NCBI GenBank assembly: GCA_034665305.1
Contig: JAXDFZ010000010.1
Location: 307,567 to 371,566 of the forward strand
From: Blastocatellia bacterium
GTDB taxonomy: Bacteria > Acidobacteriota > Blastocatellia > Pyrinomonadales > Pyrinomonadaceae
Length of the DNA: 64,000 nucleotides
Direction: 5' to 3'
Below, one piece after another: positions 45,771 to 56,028 of the stretch; position 1 is the stretch's first letter; every line of letters begins with the position of its first letter. A model generated the notes under the pieces. The model saw only the letters and a program-made list of their open reading frames with translations, was not told the origin of the DNA and made no database searches. A program made the position numbers and the translations under genes.

Positions 45771-46919
45771 TTACTTCTTTTTCTCAGTCTTTGGTTTTGG
45801 TGGCGGTCCGAAGTCGCCGTAGGCAATGAAGCCCGAACGTGACGAGTCATCCTTCTGTGCTTCGCGACCGAGCCACAAATCGGTTGCGGCTTCTTTCGCC
45901 GGTTTGATGACATAGACCGGATCGCCCTTGCCGCGGCTCGTGATCGAGATTTCGCTTTGCAGATCCGTGCGATAGATTTTTGCCCCGGCTGCTTTCAAGC
46001 GCTCGAGCACCGACTGTGCCGGATGACCGTAGCGGTTCCAGGCGCCGTCGGAAATAATTGCCACCGCGGGTTGGACGCGATTGATAAAGTCTTGCGAGGT
46101 AGCATACTTCGATCCATGGTGCGCCACTTTCAAAACCTTCGCTTTCAAATCCATATCTTTGCCCAGCATGCGCTGCTCAGTTTGTGCTTCCGCGTCCCCC
46201 ATCAACAGCATCGAGAAGTCGCCATAATCAAGCCGCAGGACAATTGAGTTAGCGTTGATGTCGTTCCCGCCGGCCTTCATCTTGTCGGCGGTCAAGAACG
46301 GATCTGACGGACCCAGTACCGTCATGCGCACGCCTCCGCCCAGATCGTATTTCTTCAACAGTTCTGCCTTTTCATGTTGCGCGCCACTTTGAGTGATCGC
46401 GTCCTTATACTCGTCGAAGAAACTGGTTACCGACTTTACCTTTCCCTTCGGTTTCGGCGGCGCGGGTGGCGCCTTCGCGCCTTTGCCTGTTTGCTTTACC
46501 GGCGCCGGAGTAGGAACCGGCGTCGAGAGATCGACGCCGTTATCGATCACTGTGCCGACCTTGATGCCCTTGAGCACTTCGGCCGCGCCGCCGATATGAT
46601 CCGGATGGGGATGTGTCGCCACGAAGTAATCGAGTGTCTGCACGTTGTAGCGTTTCAGCGCATCGAGGATCACTTTCCCTTTGCCGCGATCGCCGGCATC
46701 GATAAGTACCGTTTTCCCGCCGGGTGAAATGATCAAGATCGCGTCGCCTTCGACAGGGCCTACGTCCAGCACGTGCACTTGTAATTCACCGCCGGACGGC
46801 GGCGGCAGGCGGGTCTTCCACCAGTTCAAACCAAACTTCCAAAACGCGAAACCGCCGCCAATCAATACGACCACCAGCACCGCAATCGCGCACCCACATC
46901 CGCGTGTTGTTCGATTCAC
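45771..46919 (-). CDS. Membrane-anchored MBL-fold metallo-hydrolase (like the ComEC C-terminal domain)
   Basis: N-terminal transmembrane helix, LQVHVLDVGPVEGDAILI...HPHPDHIGG beta-lactamase motif, and a proline/lysine-rich linker. Confidence 0.7.
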   Translation of the reverse strand: MNRTTRGCGCAIAVLVVVLIGGGFAFWKFGLNWWKTRLPPPSGGELQVHVLDVGPVEGDAILIISPGGKTVLIDAGDRGKGKVILDALKRYNVQTLDYFVATHPHPDHIGGAAEVLKGIKVGTVIDNGVDLSTPVPTPAPVKQTGKGAKAPPAPPKPKGKVKSVTSFFDEYKDAITQSGAQHEKAELLKKYDLGGGVRMTVLGPSDPFLTADKMKAGGNDINANSIVLRLDYGDFSMLLMGDAEAQTEQRMLGKDMDLKAKVLKVAHHGSKYATSQDFINRVQPAVAIISDGAWNRYGHPAQSVLERLKAAGAKIYRTDLQSEISITSRGKGDPVYVIKPAKEAATDLWLGREAQKDDSSRSGFIAYGDFGPPPKPKTEKKK

Positions 46920-46934
46920 TCAATCCTCATTTTT

Positions 46935-47003
46935 CGTAACGCAAATTGTCAGTTTGCGATCTCTGGCAACCGACCGCCGCAAACTAACAGTTTGCGTTAC
47001 ACC
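46935..47003. repeat. Palindromic repeat family F, copy 1
   Basis: GTAACGCAAATTGTCAGTTTGCG ... CGCAAACTAACAGTTTGCGTTAC. It recurs at 58014-58083 and partially at 50296-50320. Confidence 0.65.
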
Positions 47004-47015
47004 GCAACAACCGAA

Positions 47016-47570
47016 CTAATAGATGACCCTGACTGCGGCTGAAGGGGGATCGAACTGGTTAACTACCTTGCGCACCTTTGGCGTGAGGTACTCATCCCTG
47101 AAGGCAAATGCTTCGATAAACTCTCGGGCATTCATGAGGCGCCAGATTGATTCGCGTCCGAAGACTTGTTCCGGAGCCAGCACCACGCGGTCACGACTTT
47201 TGATTGAAAGCTTCGTTGGAACTTTCAGGGAAAACTCTTTACCTGAATAACTGTCAAGATGCATTCCGGCAGGCCAGCTGACTGATGCGCGCACTTTGTT
47301 TTCGTAGTCCACGACCAGTAGCAGAAACGTTATGCCCAGAATCTGATCGCCGGAACTGTTATCTGCGGCACACTTCAGGACGTATCCCTTCTCAGTCTTT
47401 TCGAGCGTGGCCAAACTGATGCTTACCGGCAAGTCCGGCACTTGCAAATACTCGACTGGAATTGGTCGCGCGGCGGCCGCCTGGGGTTGCGCCTGAACAC
47501 TTCGACCATTCAAAAGCATCAAAACGAGTGATGCCGTGACCAGGGCCGGGACTGTTTGGCGTCGCGTCAT
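47016..47570 (-). CDS. Secreted hypothetical protein
   Basis: 184 aa with a signal peptide (ALVTASLVLMLLNGRSVQAQ). No recognisable domain. Confidence 0.5.
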   Translation of the reverse strand: MTRRQTVPALVTASLVLMLLNGRSVQAQPQAAAARPIPVEYLQVPDLPVSISLATLEKTEKGYVLKCAADNSSGDQILGITFLLLVVDYENKVRASVSWPAGMHLDSYSGKEFSLKVPTKLSIKSRDRVVLAPEQVFGRESIWRLMNAREFIEAFAFRDEYLTPKVRKVVNQFDPPSAAVRVIY

Positions 47571-47575
47571 TTGCG

Positions 47576-49000
47576 TTAGCCTTCGGACTGTACACTTGCC
47601 ATTTCGCGCGCATGCATTGTCTCAGCCTCGCGGGTAATTCGCGTCGGATACTTTTCGTTCCAGCAGGCGACGCAGGCCGAGCCGTCCGTGAAATCAGTTG
47701 CCTGCAACATTCCTTCGAGCGAAAGATAGCCGAGCGAGTCGGCGCCGATAAATTTTCGGATCTCTTCCACAGACATTTGCGCCGCGATCAGATCGGCTTT
47801 GTTCGGAGTGTCCACGCCGTAATAGCAGGGACTGATCGTGGGCGGACAGGAGATGCGCATGTGAATCTCAGCGGCGCCGGCTTCGCGAATCATCTGCACG
47901 ATTTTTTTAGACGTAGTGCCGCGGACGATTGAATCGTCAATCAGGATCAAACGCTTTCCTTCGATCAGGTGGCGCACCGGGTTCAGCTTAATGCGCACGC
48001 CAAAAGAACGGATGGACTGTTTCGGCTCAATAAAAGTGCGGCCGATGTAGTGATTGCGGACCAGCCCCTGGCGATAAGTGATGCCGCTCTCTGCCGAATA
48101 GCCAATGGCGGCGGCGACGCCCGAATCCGGCACGGGAACTACCATGTCTGCATCCGCTGGATGTTCGATGGCCAAACGCCGGCCCATTTTATGTCGTGTC
48201 TCATTCACCGAGCGGCCGTATATCAAAGAGTCGGGGCGCGCGAAGTAAACGTGCTCAAAGACGCACATCGAATGTTTTTCTTCGCGCAAAGGATGTGCAG
48301 AGTGCAGGCCGGTTTCGTCGATGACGATCATTTCCCCCGGCTCGACATCGCGAACGTAGCGCGCGTCGATTAAATCGAAGGCGCAGGTTTCCGACGCGAT
48401 CACCCACGATTCTCCCAGGCGCCCCAGCGCGAGGGGACGAAACCCTTTCGGATCGCGGATGGCGATTAACGCGGTAGGAGTCAGGAACAGCATCGAAAAA
48501 GCTCCCTCGGTTTCGCGCAGCACTTCCGGGATCGCTTCGGTCACAGATAAGGACGAGCGGGCCACACCATGCAAAACAACTTCGGTATCGGAAGTGGATG
48601 AGAAAATTGCCCCGACGCGTTCCAACCGTTTCCGCTCTTCATTAGCGAAAGGCAGATTACCGTTATGACAAACGGCGATTTGTCCGTGCTGACAAGTCAC
48701 CAGAAAGGGTTGCGCTTCGCGCAGCGAAACTTCGCCGGCGGTGGAATAACGCACGTGGCCGATTGCCGTGTCGCCTTTTAATCGATCCAATCGCGTCTGA
48801 TCGAAGACATCGGAGACCAGGCCCATGGCCCGTTCGGAACGCAATTCCGCGCCGTCCGACGCAACGATGCCGCACGACTCCTGGCCGCGATGTTGCAGCG
48901 CATACAAACCGAGATAGGTCAGGCGCGCCGCTTCGTTGTGGCCATAGATTCCGAACACGCCACACTCGTCGCGAAATTTATCTGATAGGGATTCTTTCAA
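47576..49000 (-). CDS. purF: Amidophosphoribosyltransferase
   Basis: 474 aa. N-terminal Cys nucleophile (MKE...CGVFGIYG), glutamine amidotransferase class II and phosphoribosyltransferase domains. Confidence 0.9.
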   Translation of the reverse strand: MKESLSDKFRDECGVFGIYGHNEAARLTYLGLYALQHRGQESCGIVASDGAELRSERAMGLVSDVFDQTRLDRLKGDTAIGHVRYSTAGEVSLREAQPFLVTCQHGQIAVCHNGNLPFANEERKRLERVGAIFSSTSDTEVVLHGVARSSLSVTEAIPEVLRETEGAFSMLFLTPTALIAIRDPKGFRPLALGRLGESWVIASETCAFDLIDARYVRDVEPGEMIVIDETGLHSAHPLREEKHSMCVFEHVYFARPDSLIYGRSVNETRHKMGRRLAIEHPADADMVVPVPDSGVAAAIGYSAESGITYRQGLVRNHYIGRTFIEPKQSIRSFGVRIKLNPVRHLIEGKRLILIDDSIVRGTTSKKIVQMIREAGAAEIHMRISCPPTISPCYYGVDTPNKADLIAAQMSVEEIRKFIGADSLGYLSLEGMLQATDFTDGSACVACWNEKYPTRITREAETMHAREMASVQSEG

Positions 49001-49140
49001 CCTTGATCCTTTTCTCGTGCTGGCGCGTAAACGTTCTGTGTTCTCTAATGAAGGTTGAGATTATCGCGCATCGCCCAAGCTTTCAACTAACAGCGAGGCC
49101 AGCCGCTGCGGCTTCGTGCTGAATCGCAACGATACGACCC

Positions 49141-49225
49141 CCCGCTACCGCGTGGCGGTACTGACCTCATCCCTCGGTCGTGTATCGGTCCCGATGAAGT
49201 CAGTACCACCACGCGGTAGCGGGTG
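49141..49225. repeat. Palindromic element (25-bp arms) upstream of purF
   Basis: CCCGCTACCGCGTGGCGGTACTGAC ... GTCAGTACCACCACGCGGTAGCGGG. Confidence 0.6.
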
Positions 49226-49374
49226 GGTCGCTCGTTCATACGATACGTCAATCAAAGTGCGGCAGCGTAACCGCTAGCCTGCGGTTTGTGGCCAGCGCTA
49301 GAGCGGAGCATTAGCGCCCGTTACAAAAAGCATTACGTTCGGTATTATGCAAAACCGGAAAGGACCAAGCACTG

Positions 49375-49749
49375 ATGAGATTAACACTGACGTTCGGCGC
49401 CGTTGTCCTGGCGCTCTTCACCGGCCTGTTTAGTGCCCTGCCGGGCTCGCAGGCAAGGATTGGCAGAGTTGAATTCGCAGAACCCGCGGTTGCCCCGGAT
49501 TCACGATCGTTGTATGCGCGTCATTGTGCGAGCTGTCATGGCGGTGACGGACGTTCGCGGACTGCCAAGGGAAGGCAGACGCATGCGCGAAATCTCGCCG
49601 ACGCCGGTTGGCAGAATGACGTTAGCGATGAACGCATTTTCAACTCTATTAACAATGGCCGCGGCGCGAAAATGCCGAAGTTCGAACATAAGCTTTCGGA
49701 AAGTCAGATCGATCAACTCGTCACTTACGTAAGACAGTTGAAGCGGTAG
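49375..49749 (+). CDS. c-type cytochrome (class I)
   Basis: Signal peptide and a single CASCHG heme-binding motif. 124 aa. Confidence 0.8.
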   Translation: MRLTLTFGAVVLALFTGLFSALPGSQARIGRVEFAEPAVAPDSRSLYARHCASCHGGDGRSRTAKGRQTHARNLADAGWQNDVSDERIFNSINNGRGAKMPKFEHKLSESQIDQLVTYVRQLKR

Positions 49750-49761
49750 TTTTGGAATCGC

Positions 49762-50265
49762 GTGAAACCACGTAGCCCTCTAATCGATGGATTGATCATT
49801 GTGTTGCGTGCGGCGTTGCCCGTGGCGCTGTTGCTGGCGGGCTGGAGCGTCTATCGCCAGTTGCCCGCGCCGGAACAGACAGGCAACCCGCAATCTTCGT
49901 TGGAGACCAGCCTGCAAATCGTTTTGCGGCAACCGTCGAATTACAACGGGCCATTGGATGTCGCGGTTGAGCTTTATCCCATCGACGTCTCCGCGGCGCA
50001 GCGGGAATATCTTTCCAAGCCTCACGCGGGCACAACCTTCGCCGAGTTTTTGAAAGGACGCATGAGTGGACGGGCCGCGATCAAAGGCCGCCTCGATAAG
50101 CAAGGCCAGGCAATTATGAATATTGGCGAAGGCGATTGGTGGATAGTTGCCCAGTTGTCCGGTGACAATGAAATCGAGTGGCGCCTGCCCGTTAAAGTTG
50201 CGGGCCGCAAACAAAGCGTTGAGTTGACCGCGGACAACGCCTACGGCCGCAGTAAAGTTTTTTAA
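49762..50265 (+). CDS. Hypothetical membrane-anchored protein
   Basis: 167 aa. One N-terminal transmembrane helix (LIIVLRAALPVALLLAGWSVY). No recognisable domain. Confidence 0.5.
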   Translation: MKPRSPLIDGLIIVLRAALPVALLLAGWSVYRQLPAPEQTGNPQSSLETSLQIVLRQPSNYNGPLDVAVELYPIDVSAAQREYLSKPHAGTTFAEFLKGRMSGRAAIKGRLDKQGQAIMNIGEGDWWIVAQLSGDNEIEWRLPVKVAGRKQSVELTADNAYGRSKVF

Positions 50266-50351
50266 GTCGCAGTGGCACTCCACTTCTTGGAGTTGTCGCA
50301 AACTCACAGGTTGCGTTACAGCTGGTGGACTAGTTTCTGAGCGCACTACTA

Positions 50352-51302
50352 ATGAAGGCCTTAAGAGTAGAGAATCAGAACGTTGCCGTGCGTGACGTTG
50401 AAAAACCGTGGCGCGATGGCGAAGCTCTGGTCCGTGTGACGCTGTCGGGAATCTGCAATACTGATCTTGAAATAGGTCGCGGCTATGCAGGATTTCAGGG
50501 CACGCTGGGACATGAATTTGTCGGCGTGGTTGAGAACGCGGCGGGAATTCAAACGGGACAACGCGTGGTCGGTGAAATCAACGCAGGTTGCGGATCCTGC
50601 GATCTCTGTCTCAGTGGCGATGCACGTCACTGCGCCGATCGCACCGTGCTCGGGATCGTGGGACGGGATGGCGCGCATGCTGAGTTTCTGAAACTTCCGG
50701 AAGGTAACCTGCTGCCAGTGCCGGCGGATGTCTCCGACGAGCGCGCTGTATTCACTGAACCGCTGGCCGCTGCATGCGGCATACTTGAACGCGCCTCGAT
50801 AACATCCGGTACGAAGGTCGCGGTCATCGGAGATGGCAAGTTGGGTTTGCTCTGCACCCAGGTCGTAGCCCTCGCCGGCGCCCAGGTTTTGTTGGTAGGC
50901 CGGCATCAGGAGAAGTTGGCAATAGCTTCACGTCGCGGCATAGAAACCGCGTTAGTGGCTGAAGTGGCTAAACTCAAACGGGAGTTTGATGTCGTGGTGG
51001 AGGCCTCAGGCTCGGCCGCCGGCTTTGCCCTGGCACTCGATCTTTTGCATCCCCGCGGCACGCTGGTGTTGAAGTCTACGTTTCATGGTGCCGCGGAAAT
51101 CGATGCGGCCCGCATAGTCGTCGACGAGATCAGCGTCATTGGATCGCGCTGCGGCCGGTTCGCTCCCGCGCTTGATTTGTTGCAACGAAATGCAGTGGAT
51201 GTGGAAAGTTTGATCAGCGAAGAGTATCCGCTTGCCGACGGCCTGCAGGCGATGAAGCGAGCCGGTGAACCCGGTGTAATGAAAGTTCTACTACGACCGT
51301 GA
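50352..51302 (+). CDS. Zinc-binding medium-chain dehydrogenase/reductase (threonine/sorbitol dehydrogenase-like)
   Basis: GICNTDLEI...GHEFVGVV catalytic zinc motif, CGSCDLCLSGDARHC structural zinc cysteines, and a Rossmann GDGKLG motif. Confidence 0.8.
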   Translation: MKALRVENQNVAVRDVEKPWRDGEALVRVTLSGICNTDLEIGRGYAGFQGTLGHEFVGVVENAAGIQTGQRVVGEINAGCGSCDLCLSGDARHCADRTVLGIVGRDGAHAEFLKLPEGNLLPVPADVSDERAVFTEPLAAACGILERASITSGTKVAVIGDGKLGLLCTQVVALAGAQVLLVGRHQEKLAIASRRGIETALVAEVAKLKREFDVVVEASGSAAGFALALDLLHPRGTLVLKSTFHGAAEIDAARIVVDEISVIGSRCGRFAPALDLLQRNAVDVESLISEEYPLADGLQAMKRAGEPGVMKVLLRP

Positions 51303-51306
51303 GGAT

Positions 51307-51412
51307 CAGGAGGCAGTCAGCAGGAGCAGTCGGCAGGAGCGTAAACCAAACGCCATGCCGTTTTTGCTGCTTACTTCTTACTGCTCCTGCCATCTGCTCC
51401 TGCCTCCTGCCG
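51307..51412. repeat. Palindromic element after the dehydrogenase gene
   Basis: GCAGGAGCAGTCGGCAGGAGC ... GCTCCTGCCATCTGCTCCTGC arms around a loop that contains a T-run. Confidence 0.5.
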
Positions 51413-51444
51413 ACTGGTTACCGCTGACTGCCGACTGATCCACC

Positions 51445-52440
51445 GTGCGACTGAAATCCAACCTTGCTGCGGATGCCGCCCTCGTCCTCACGACGCTGAT
51501 CTGGGGTTCGACTTTTGTAGTGGCCAAAGACCTGCTGGCGCACTGGCCGCCATTGGCTTACATCACTGTCCGCTTTGGCCTCGCCGCGCTGATACTCATC
51601 GCGGTATTTCCCAAACAACTATTCGCGGCGCGCCGCGCCGAATGGCAGGCGGGGGCGACGCTCGGCTTGCTGATGGGCACGGGTTTCGCAATCCAGGCGT
51701 TCGGCCAGGTTTACACCACGCCGGCAAAGTCGGCTTTCATGACCAGCCTGACAACGCCCCTGGTGCCGTTCGTCGCTTTGGTAATGCTTCGCGTTCGGCC
51801 CAATCTGGAAAACCTGATCGGAGTGACGCTCGCGTCGCTTGGTGGAATATTGATCCTGGCGCCGCGCGGCGCGATCGCAGCAAACGAAGGGGACTGGTTA
51901 ACGCTGATAGCCACTTTCTTCTTTGCGGCTCACATAACTTTCCTGAGCGTCTACGCGCGCCGGATAGATGCGCGACAGTTGACGGTGCTGCAGATTTCAG
52001 TGGCCGCCGCCATGTTTGTGATCGCGTCGGCGATATTGCGCGTCTCCGCGTCGTTGTTTTCCTTCAGCTCGCTTCCGGCTCTCATGAAGGTCGAAGGCGG
52101 TTGGCCGGTTTGGTCAGCGACGGTGGCCTGGCAGTTAATTTACCTGGCCCTCGTGGCTACGGTGATCACGTTTCTGTTGTGGACCTGGGGACAGTCGCGC
52201 ATGTCGGCGACGCATGCGGCAATCATCTTCAGTCTCGAACCGATTTTTGCCACCGCGTTTGCCGTGGCGTGGTGGGGCGCGGCGCAGTGGCTGGGCGGCT
52301 GGTCCACCGTAGGCGCAATCGCGGTGATCGCCGGCGTCGTGGTTTCGGAACTGCGCCTCAGCGGCCGGGGCAGCAAGGCGGATGCGGCTGTACTCGTCGA
52401 CGATGCGGACATTAGTTTGGACGAAACTTCAACAGATTGA
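51445..52440 (+). CDS. DMT superfamily (EamA) transporter
   Basis: 331 aa. 10 predicted transmembrane helices and a duplicated EamA architecture. Confidence 0.8.
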   Translation: MRLKSNLAADAALVLTTLIWGSTFVVAKDLLAHWPPLAYITVRFGLAALILIAVFPKQLFAARRAEWQAGATLGLLMGTGFAIQAFGQVYTTPAKSAFMTSLTTPLVPFVALVMLRVRPNLENLIGVTLASLGGILILAPRGAIAANEGDWLTLIATFFFAAHITFLSVYARRIDARQLTVLQISVAAAMFVIASAILRVSASLFSFSSLPALMKVEGGWPVWSATVAWQLIYLALVATVITFLLWTWGQSRMSATHAAIIFSLEPIFATAFAVAWWGAAQWLGGWSTVGAIAVIAGVVVSELRLSGRGSKADAAVLVDDADISLDETSTD

Positions 52441-52464
52441 GTCAAACTTTGGATGAGTTTGCGA

Positions 52465-52568
52465 ATCTCATTAGCGCCGCACTTCAGTGCGGTGATCGAG
52501 ATAGGCCATATTTAAAGTGAATTTATCGCCCTGCACCACCTGACTGAAGTCAGGTGCTAATGAGATTC
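52465..52568. repeat. MITE-like repeat family E, copy 2 (most complete copy)
   Basis: AATCTCATTAGCGCCGCACTTCAGTGCGGTGATCGAG...CACCTGACTGAAGTCAGGTGCTAATGAGATT. Perfect terminal inverted repeats. Confidence 0.75.
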
Positions 52569-52726
52569 CAATTGGCATAGCGCCAAACCAGGCATTCTTT
52601 GCCGCCCGCAACTTGTTTAGTTATACTTGACGCCTTCTGTATTAAGCGCGTTCGGAGGCCACGTAACCCGGGAGTGGCCCGCGACGTATTAGGAAGAGAA
52701 GTTTTTCGAAAGAAAGCGGTGGCTCA

Positions 52727-54310
52727 ATGTTCGATCGTATCCAGGGACAACCAACTGACGCCGAACGCACGGTGCTGCATAAGTTACGCGTTTGGATCGC
52801 AGCGCTGGCCATCGCCTGCCTGCTGATGGGTGTGGGCATCGGTGCCATGCTGGCCGGACGTCCGGCGGTGGCGCAGAGCGAAGCCCAAATTGCGCGCGCC
52901 CCGGAAGCTCTGTCGGCGTCGTTTGCCGAGATCGCGAAACGGGTTGAACCGGCGGTCGTAAATATCGATACGTTAACCGCTGCTCCCAACGTTGCCGAAA
53001 AGGACAACGAGGACAAAGAAGACCAAACCCCGAACAATCCGCTGTTCGACATGTTTCGGCGCCAGGCGCAACGCCCGGCGCGCGGAGTTGGCAGCGGCTT
53101 CATCGTCGATCCAAAGGGTTACATCCTGACGAACGAACATGTGATCGAAGGCGCCACGCGCATCACGATTGGTTTGCAATCGGGTGAGAAGTTGCGCGGC
53201 CAGGTCGTCGGGATTGATCACGAAACTGATCTCGCCGTCATCAAGGTAGAAAGCCCGCGCGATCTGCCGACCGTCAAGTTGGGTGATTCCAACGGCGCGC
53301 AGGTTGGTGATTGGGTGCTGGCGATTGGCTCGCCGTTTGGCCTGGAACAAACAGTAACCGCGGGAATCATTTCGAAGAAGGAACGCGAATCGCAGTTCTT
53401 CACGAGCTTTCAACGTTTTCTACAAACCGACGCCGCCATCAATCGGGGAAACAGTGGTGGACCACTCGTGAACATGCGCGGCGAAGTCATCGGCGTAAAT
53501 TCGCAGATCGCCACTTCCACCGGTGACTACAACGGGATCGGATTCGCCCTGCCTGCTAATGAAGCGGGTTTTGTCTACCGCCAACTGGTATCGGGCGGGA
53601 AAGTGAAGCGCGGTTATCTGGGAATCACTTTGGACTCCGTGCGCGCTGAATTTGCACGCGTTTATGGCTTGAGCGATGCGCGCGGCGCGATCGTGGCCGA
53701 TGTGCAAGCGGGCGAGGATGGCAAACCAACCCCGGCCGCTAAAGCCGGCATTCAGTCCAACGACGTAATCATCGAGTTCGAAGGCCAACCGGTGCAGGAT
53801 GCGAACGATTTGATCGCCCGCGTCGCCAGCACTCCGGTGGGACAGAACGTAACGCTCACGTTGTTGCGCGACGTAGACGGCAAACTGGACAAACGGACGG
53901 TGACGGTGATGCTCGGCGATCGCTCAATTTATCTGCCGCGCCGTGCGCCGGATTTAGCGCCACCGGTCGTGGACAAAGAGTCTTCGCTGAAGGGCAACAC
54001 TTTGAAGCTCGGCATCACGCTGGGCGAACTGACAGCGCAACTGGTTGCGGAGCGGCATTTGGGCGGCGTCAAGGGACTGTACGTAAAAGAGGTTGACCCG
54101 AACGGCATCGCCGCTGACGCGCGACCCTATCCGGTGCGCGAAAGAGAAGTGGTCACGCGCATCAATCGCGTCCCGGTTAATTCGCTGGCAGATTTTCAGC
54201 GCGTGTTGAGTGCGCTGAAACCGGGCGACGCGATTGTTTTGAACCTGACGCGCTTCGATGAGGAGTCAGGAAAGCTCGCGCAGCGAATCGTGCAGTTTAC
54301 GTACCAGTAA
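52727..54310 (+). CDS. Do/HtrA-family periplasmic serine endopeptidase with two PDZ domains
   Basis: Trypsin-like catalytic motifs (TNEHVI...D...GNSGGPLVN) and two PDZ regions. Confidence 0.9.
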   Translation: MFDRIQGQPTDAERTVLHKLRVWIAALAIACLLMGVGIGAMLAGRPAVAQSEAQIARAPEALSASFAEIAKRVEPAVVNIDTLTAAPNVAEKDNEDKEDQTPNNPLFDMFRRQAQRPARGVGSGFIVDPKGYILTNEHVIEGATRITIGLQSGEKLRGQVVGIDHETDLAVIKVESPRDLPTVKLGDSNGAQVGDWVLAIGSPFGLEQTVTAGIISKKERESQFFTSFQRFLQTDAAINRGNSGGPLVNMRGEVIGVNSQIATSTGDYNGIGFALPANEAGFVYRQLVSGGKVKRGYLGITLDSVRAEFARVYGLSDARGAIVADVQAGEDGKPTPAAKAGIQSNDVIIEFEGQPVQDANDLIARVASTPVGQNVTLTLLRDVDGKLDKRTVTVMLGDRSIYLPRRAPDLAPPVVDKESSLKGNTLKLGITLGELTAQLVAERHLGGVKGLYVKEVDPNGIAADARPYPVREREVVTRINRVPVNSLADFQRVLSALKPGDAIVLNLTRFDEESGKLAQRIVQFTYQ

Positions 54311-54398
54311 GAAAGACCGGTGTCGGGTCTCAGGTGTCAGGTGCCGGTTAACCAGCGCCCGTACCTGACACCCGGCACCCGACACCCGAACGCATTTT

Positions 54399-55967
54399 AT
54401 GGCCCAGGCAAAAAAAGCACTCACAAAATCAACTGCGAAACGTAAGATCGCGCGCCAAACACGCGCGGCAGCTAATACCTATCAGAACTACATCAACGGC
54501 AAATGGGTCTCGAGCAGAAGCGGTGAAACCTTCGAGAACGTTAATCCGGCCGACACCCGCGATGTCATCGGGCGGTTTGCGCTTTCCACTCGCGAGGACG
54601 TTGATGCCGCGGTCAGTGCCGCGCTCGAGGCGTTTAATCGCTGGCGGTTGACCCCGGCGCCGCGGCGCGCGGAAATGCTTTTCCGCCTGGGCGAGATTCT
54701 GCTGCGCAAGAAAGATCGCTACGCTGCCGATATGACGCGCGAGATGGGCAAAGTCTTGAAAGAGACCGGCGGCGACGTTCAGGAAGCTATCGATTGCACC
54801 TACTACACCGCGGGCGAGGGACGCCGCCTGCACGGCTTCACGACCCCGGCTGAGATGCCTAACAAGTTTGCGATGTGCGTGCGCCAGCCGGTGGGGCTGT
54901 GTGGTTTGATCACGCCATGGAATTTTCCCATGGCGATCCCTTCATGGAAACTGATTCCGGCGCTGGTCTGCGGCAACACGGTAGTGATCAAGCCGGCCGA
55001 GGACACGCCCTTATCAACTTACAATCTGGTGGCCGCTTGCGAAGAAGCCGGCATCCCGCCCGGTGTCGTTAACCTGGTAACCGGCTATGGCGAGACAGCG
55101 GGAGCGTCAATCACCGAACATCCTTCGCTGCGCCTGATTTCATTCACCGGTTCGACCGAGACAGGACGTTCGGTCGCCGCGGCATGTGCAGAACGCAACG
55201 CGATCTGCTCGCTCGAGATGGGCGGCAAGAACGTCATCATTGTGATGGAGGACGCCGATATCGATCTGGCGGTTGAGGGCGCGGTGTGGGGTGCATTCGG
55301 CACTTCCGGTCAGCGCTGCACCGCATCTTCGCGTTTAGTAGTTCACAAAGATGTCTACAAGCAATTCACCCGCAAGCTGGTCGACCGCGCGCGTAAATTG
55401 CGCGTCGGGAACGGCGCCGATCCTAAAACCGAGATGGGTCCGGTGATTAACGAAGATGCGCTGCGAAAGATTCTGAGTTACGTCGAAATCGGCCGGCGCG
55501 AAGATCGCGCGAAGCTTGCCTGTGGCGGCAATCGCCTGCCCGGCAGTGAATATGACAACGGGTTTTTCATCGAGCCCACGGTCTTTACCGACGCTGCTCC
55601 CGATATGCGAATTGCGCAGGAAGAGATCTTTGGTCCGGTCACAACAGTTATTCCGACGGGCTCGCTCGACGAAGCCATCGATATTGCCAACGGCGTTCGC
55701 TACGGTTTGTCAGCGGCGATTTATACCAGTGACGTGAACCGCGCTTTCCACGCGATGAACGAAACTTACACGGGGATCTTCTATGTGAACTCTTCGACGA
55801 TCGGCGCCGAAGTTCACCTTCCCTTCGGCGGCACCAAGGCAACCGGCAACGGCCATCGTGAGGCCGGAACGCAGGTGCTCGATATTTTCTCAGAATGGAA
55901 ATCAGTCTACGTCGATTACAGCGGCAAGCTGCAGCGCGCGCAGATCGATGTTGATGAGCATTTATAG
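54399..55967 (+). CDS. NAD(P)-dependent aldehyde dehydrogenase
   Basis: ALDH family motifs (catalytic Cys in [14 protein letters not shown]; glutamate in LEMGGKN). Lys/Arg-rich N-terminal extension. Confidence 0.85.
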   Translation: MAQAKKALTKSTAKRKIARQTRAAANTYQNYINGKWVSSRSGETFENVNPADTRDVIGRFALSTREDVDAAVSAALEAFNRWRLTPAPRRAEMLFRLGEILLRKKDRYAADMTREMGKVLKETGGDVQEAIDCTYYTAGEGRRLHGFTTPAEMPNKFAMCVRQPVGLCGLITPWNFPMAIPSWKLIPALVCGNTVVIKPAEDTPLSTYNLVAACEEAGIPPGVVNLVTGYGETAGASITEHPSLRLISFTGSTETGRSVAAACAERNAICSLEMGGKNVIIVMEDADIDLAVEGAVWGAFGTSGQRCTASSRLVVHKDVYKQFTRKLVDRARKLRVGNGADPKTEMGPVINEDALRKILSYVEIGRREDRAKLACGGNRLPGSEYDNGFFIEPTVFTDAAPDMRIAQEEIFGPVTTVIPTGSLDEAIDIANGVRYGLSAAIYTSDVNRAFHAMNETYTGIFYVNSSTIGAEVHLPFGGTKATGNGHREAGTQVLDIFSEWKSVYVDYSGKLQRAQIDVDEHL

Positions 55968-56028
55968 TTCAGCCGCCCGCTCGCCTGGCGATGTTGGCCA
56001 GGTACGAATCTGCCCACGGAGCTAACGA

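Noticed and set aside
51642-52415. 257-aa plus-strand ORF in an alternative frame
   Set aside because: Same strand but out of frame with the DMT transporter. Gly/Arg-rich product typical of GC-rich off-frames.
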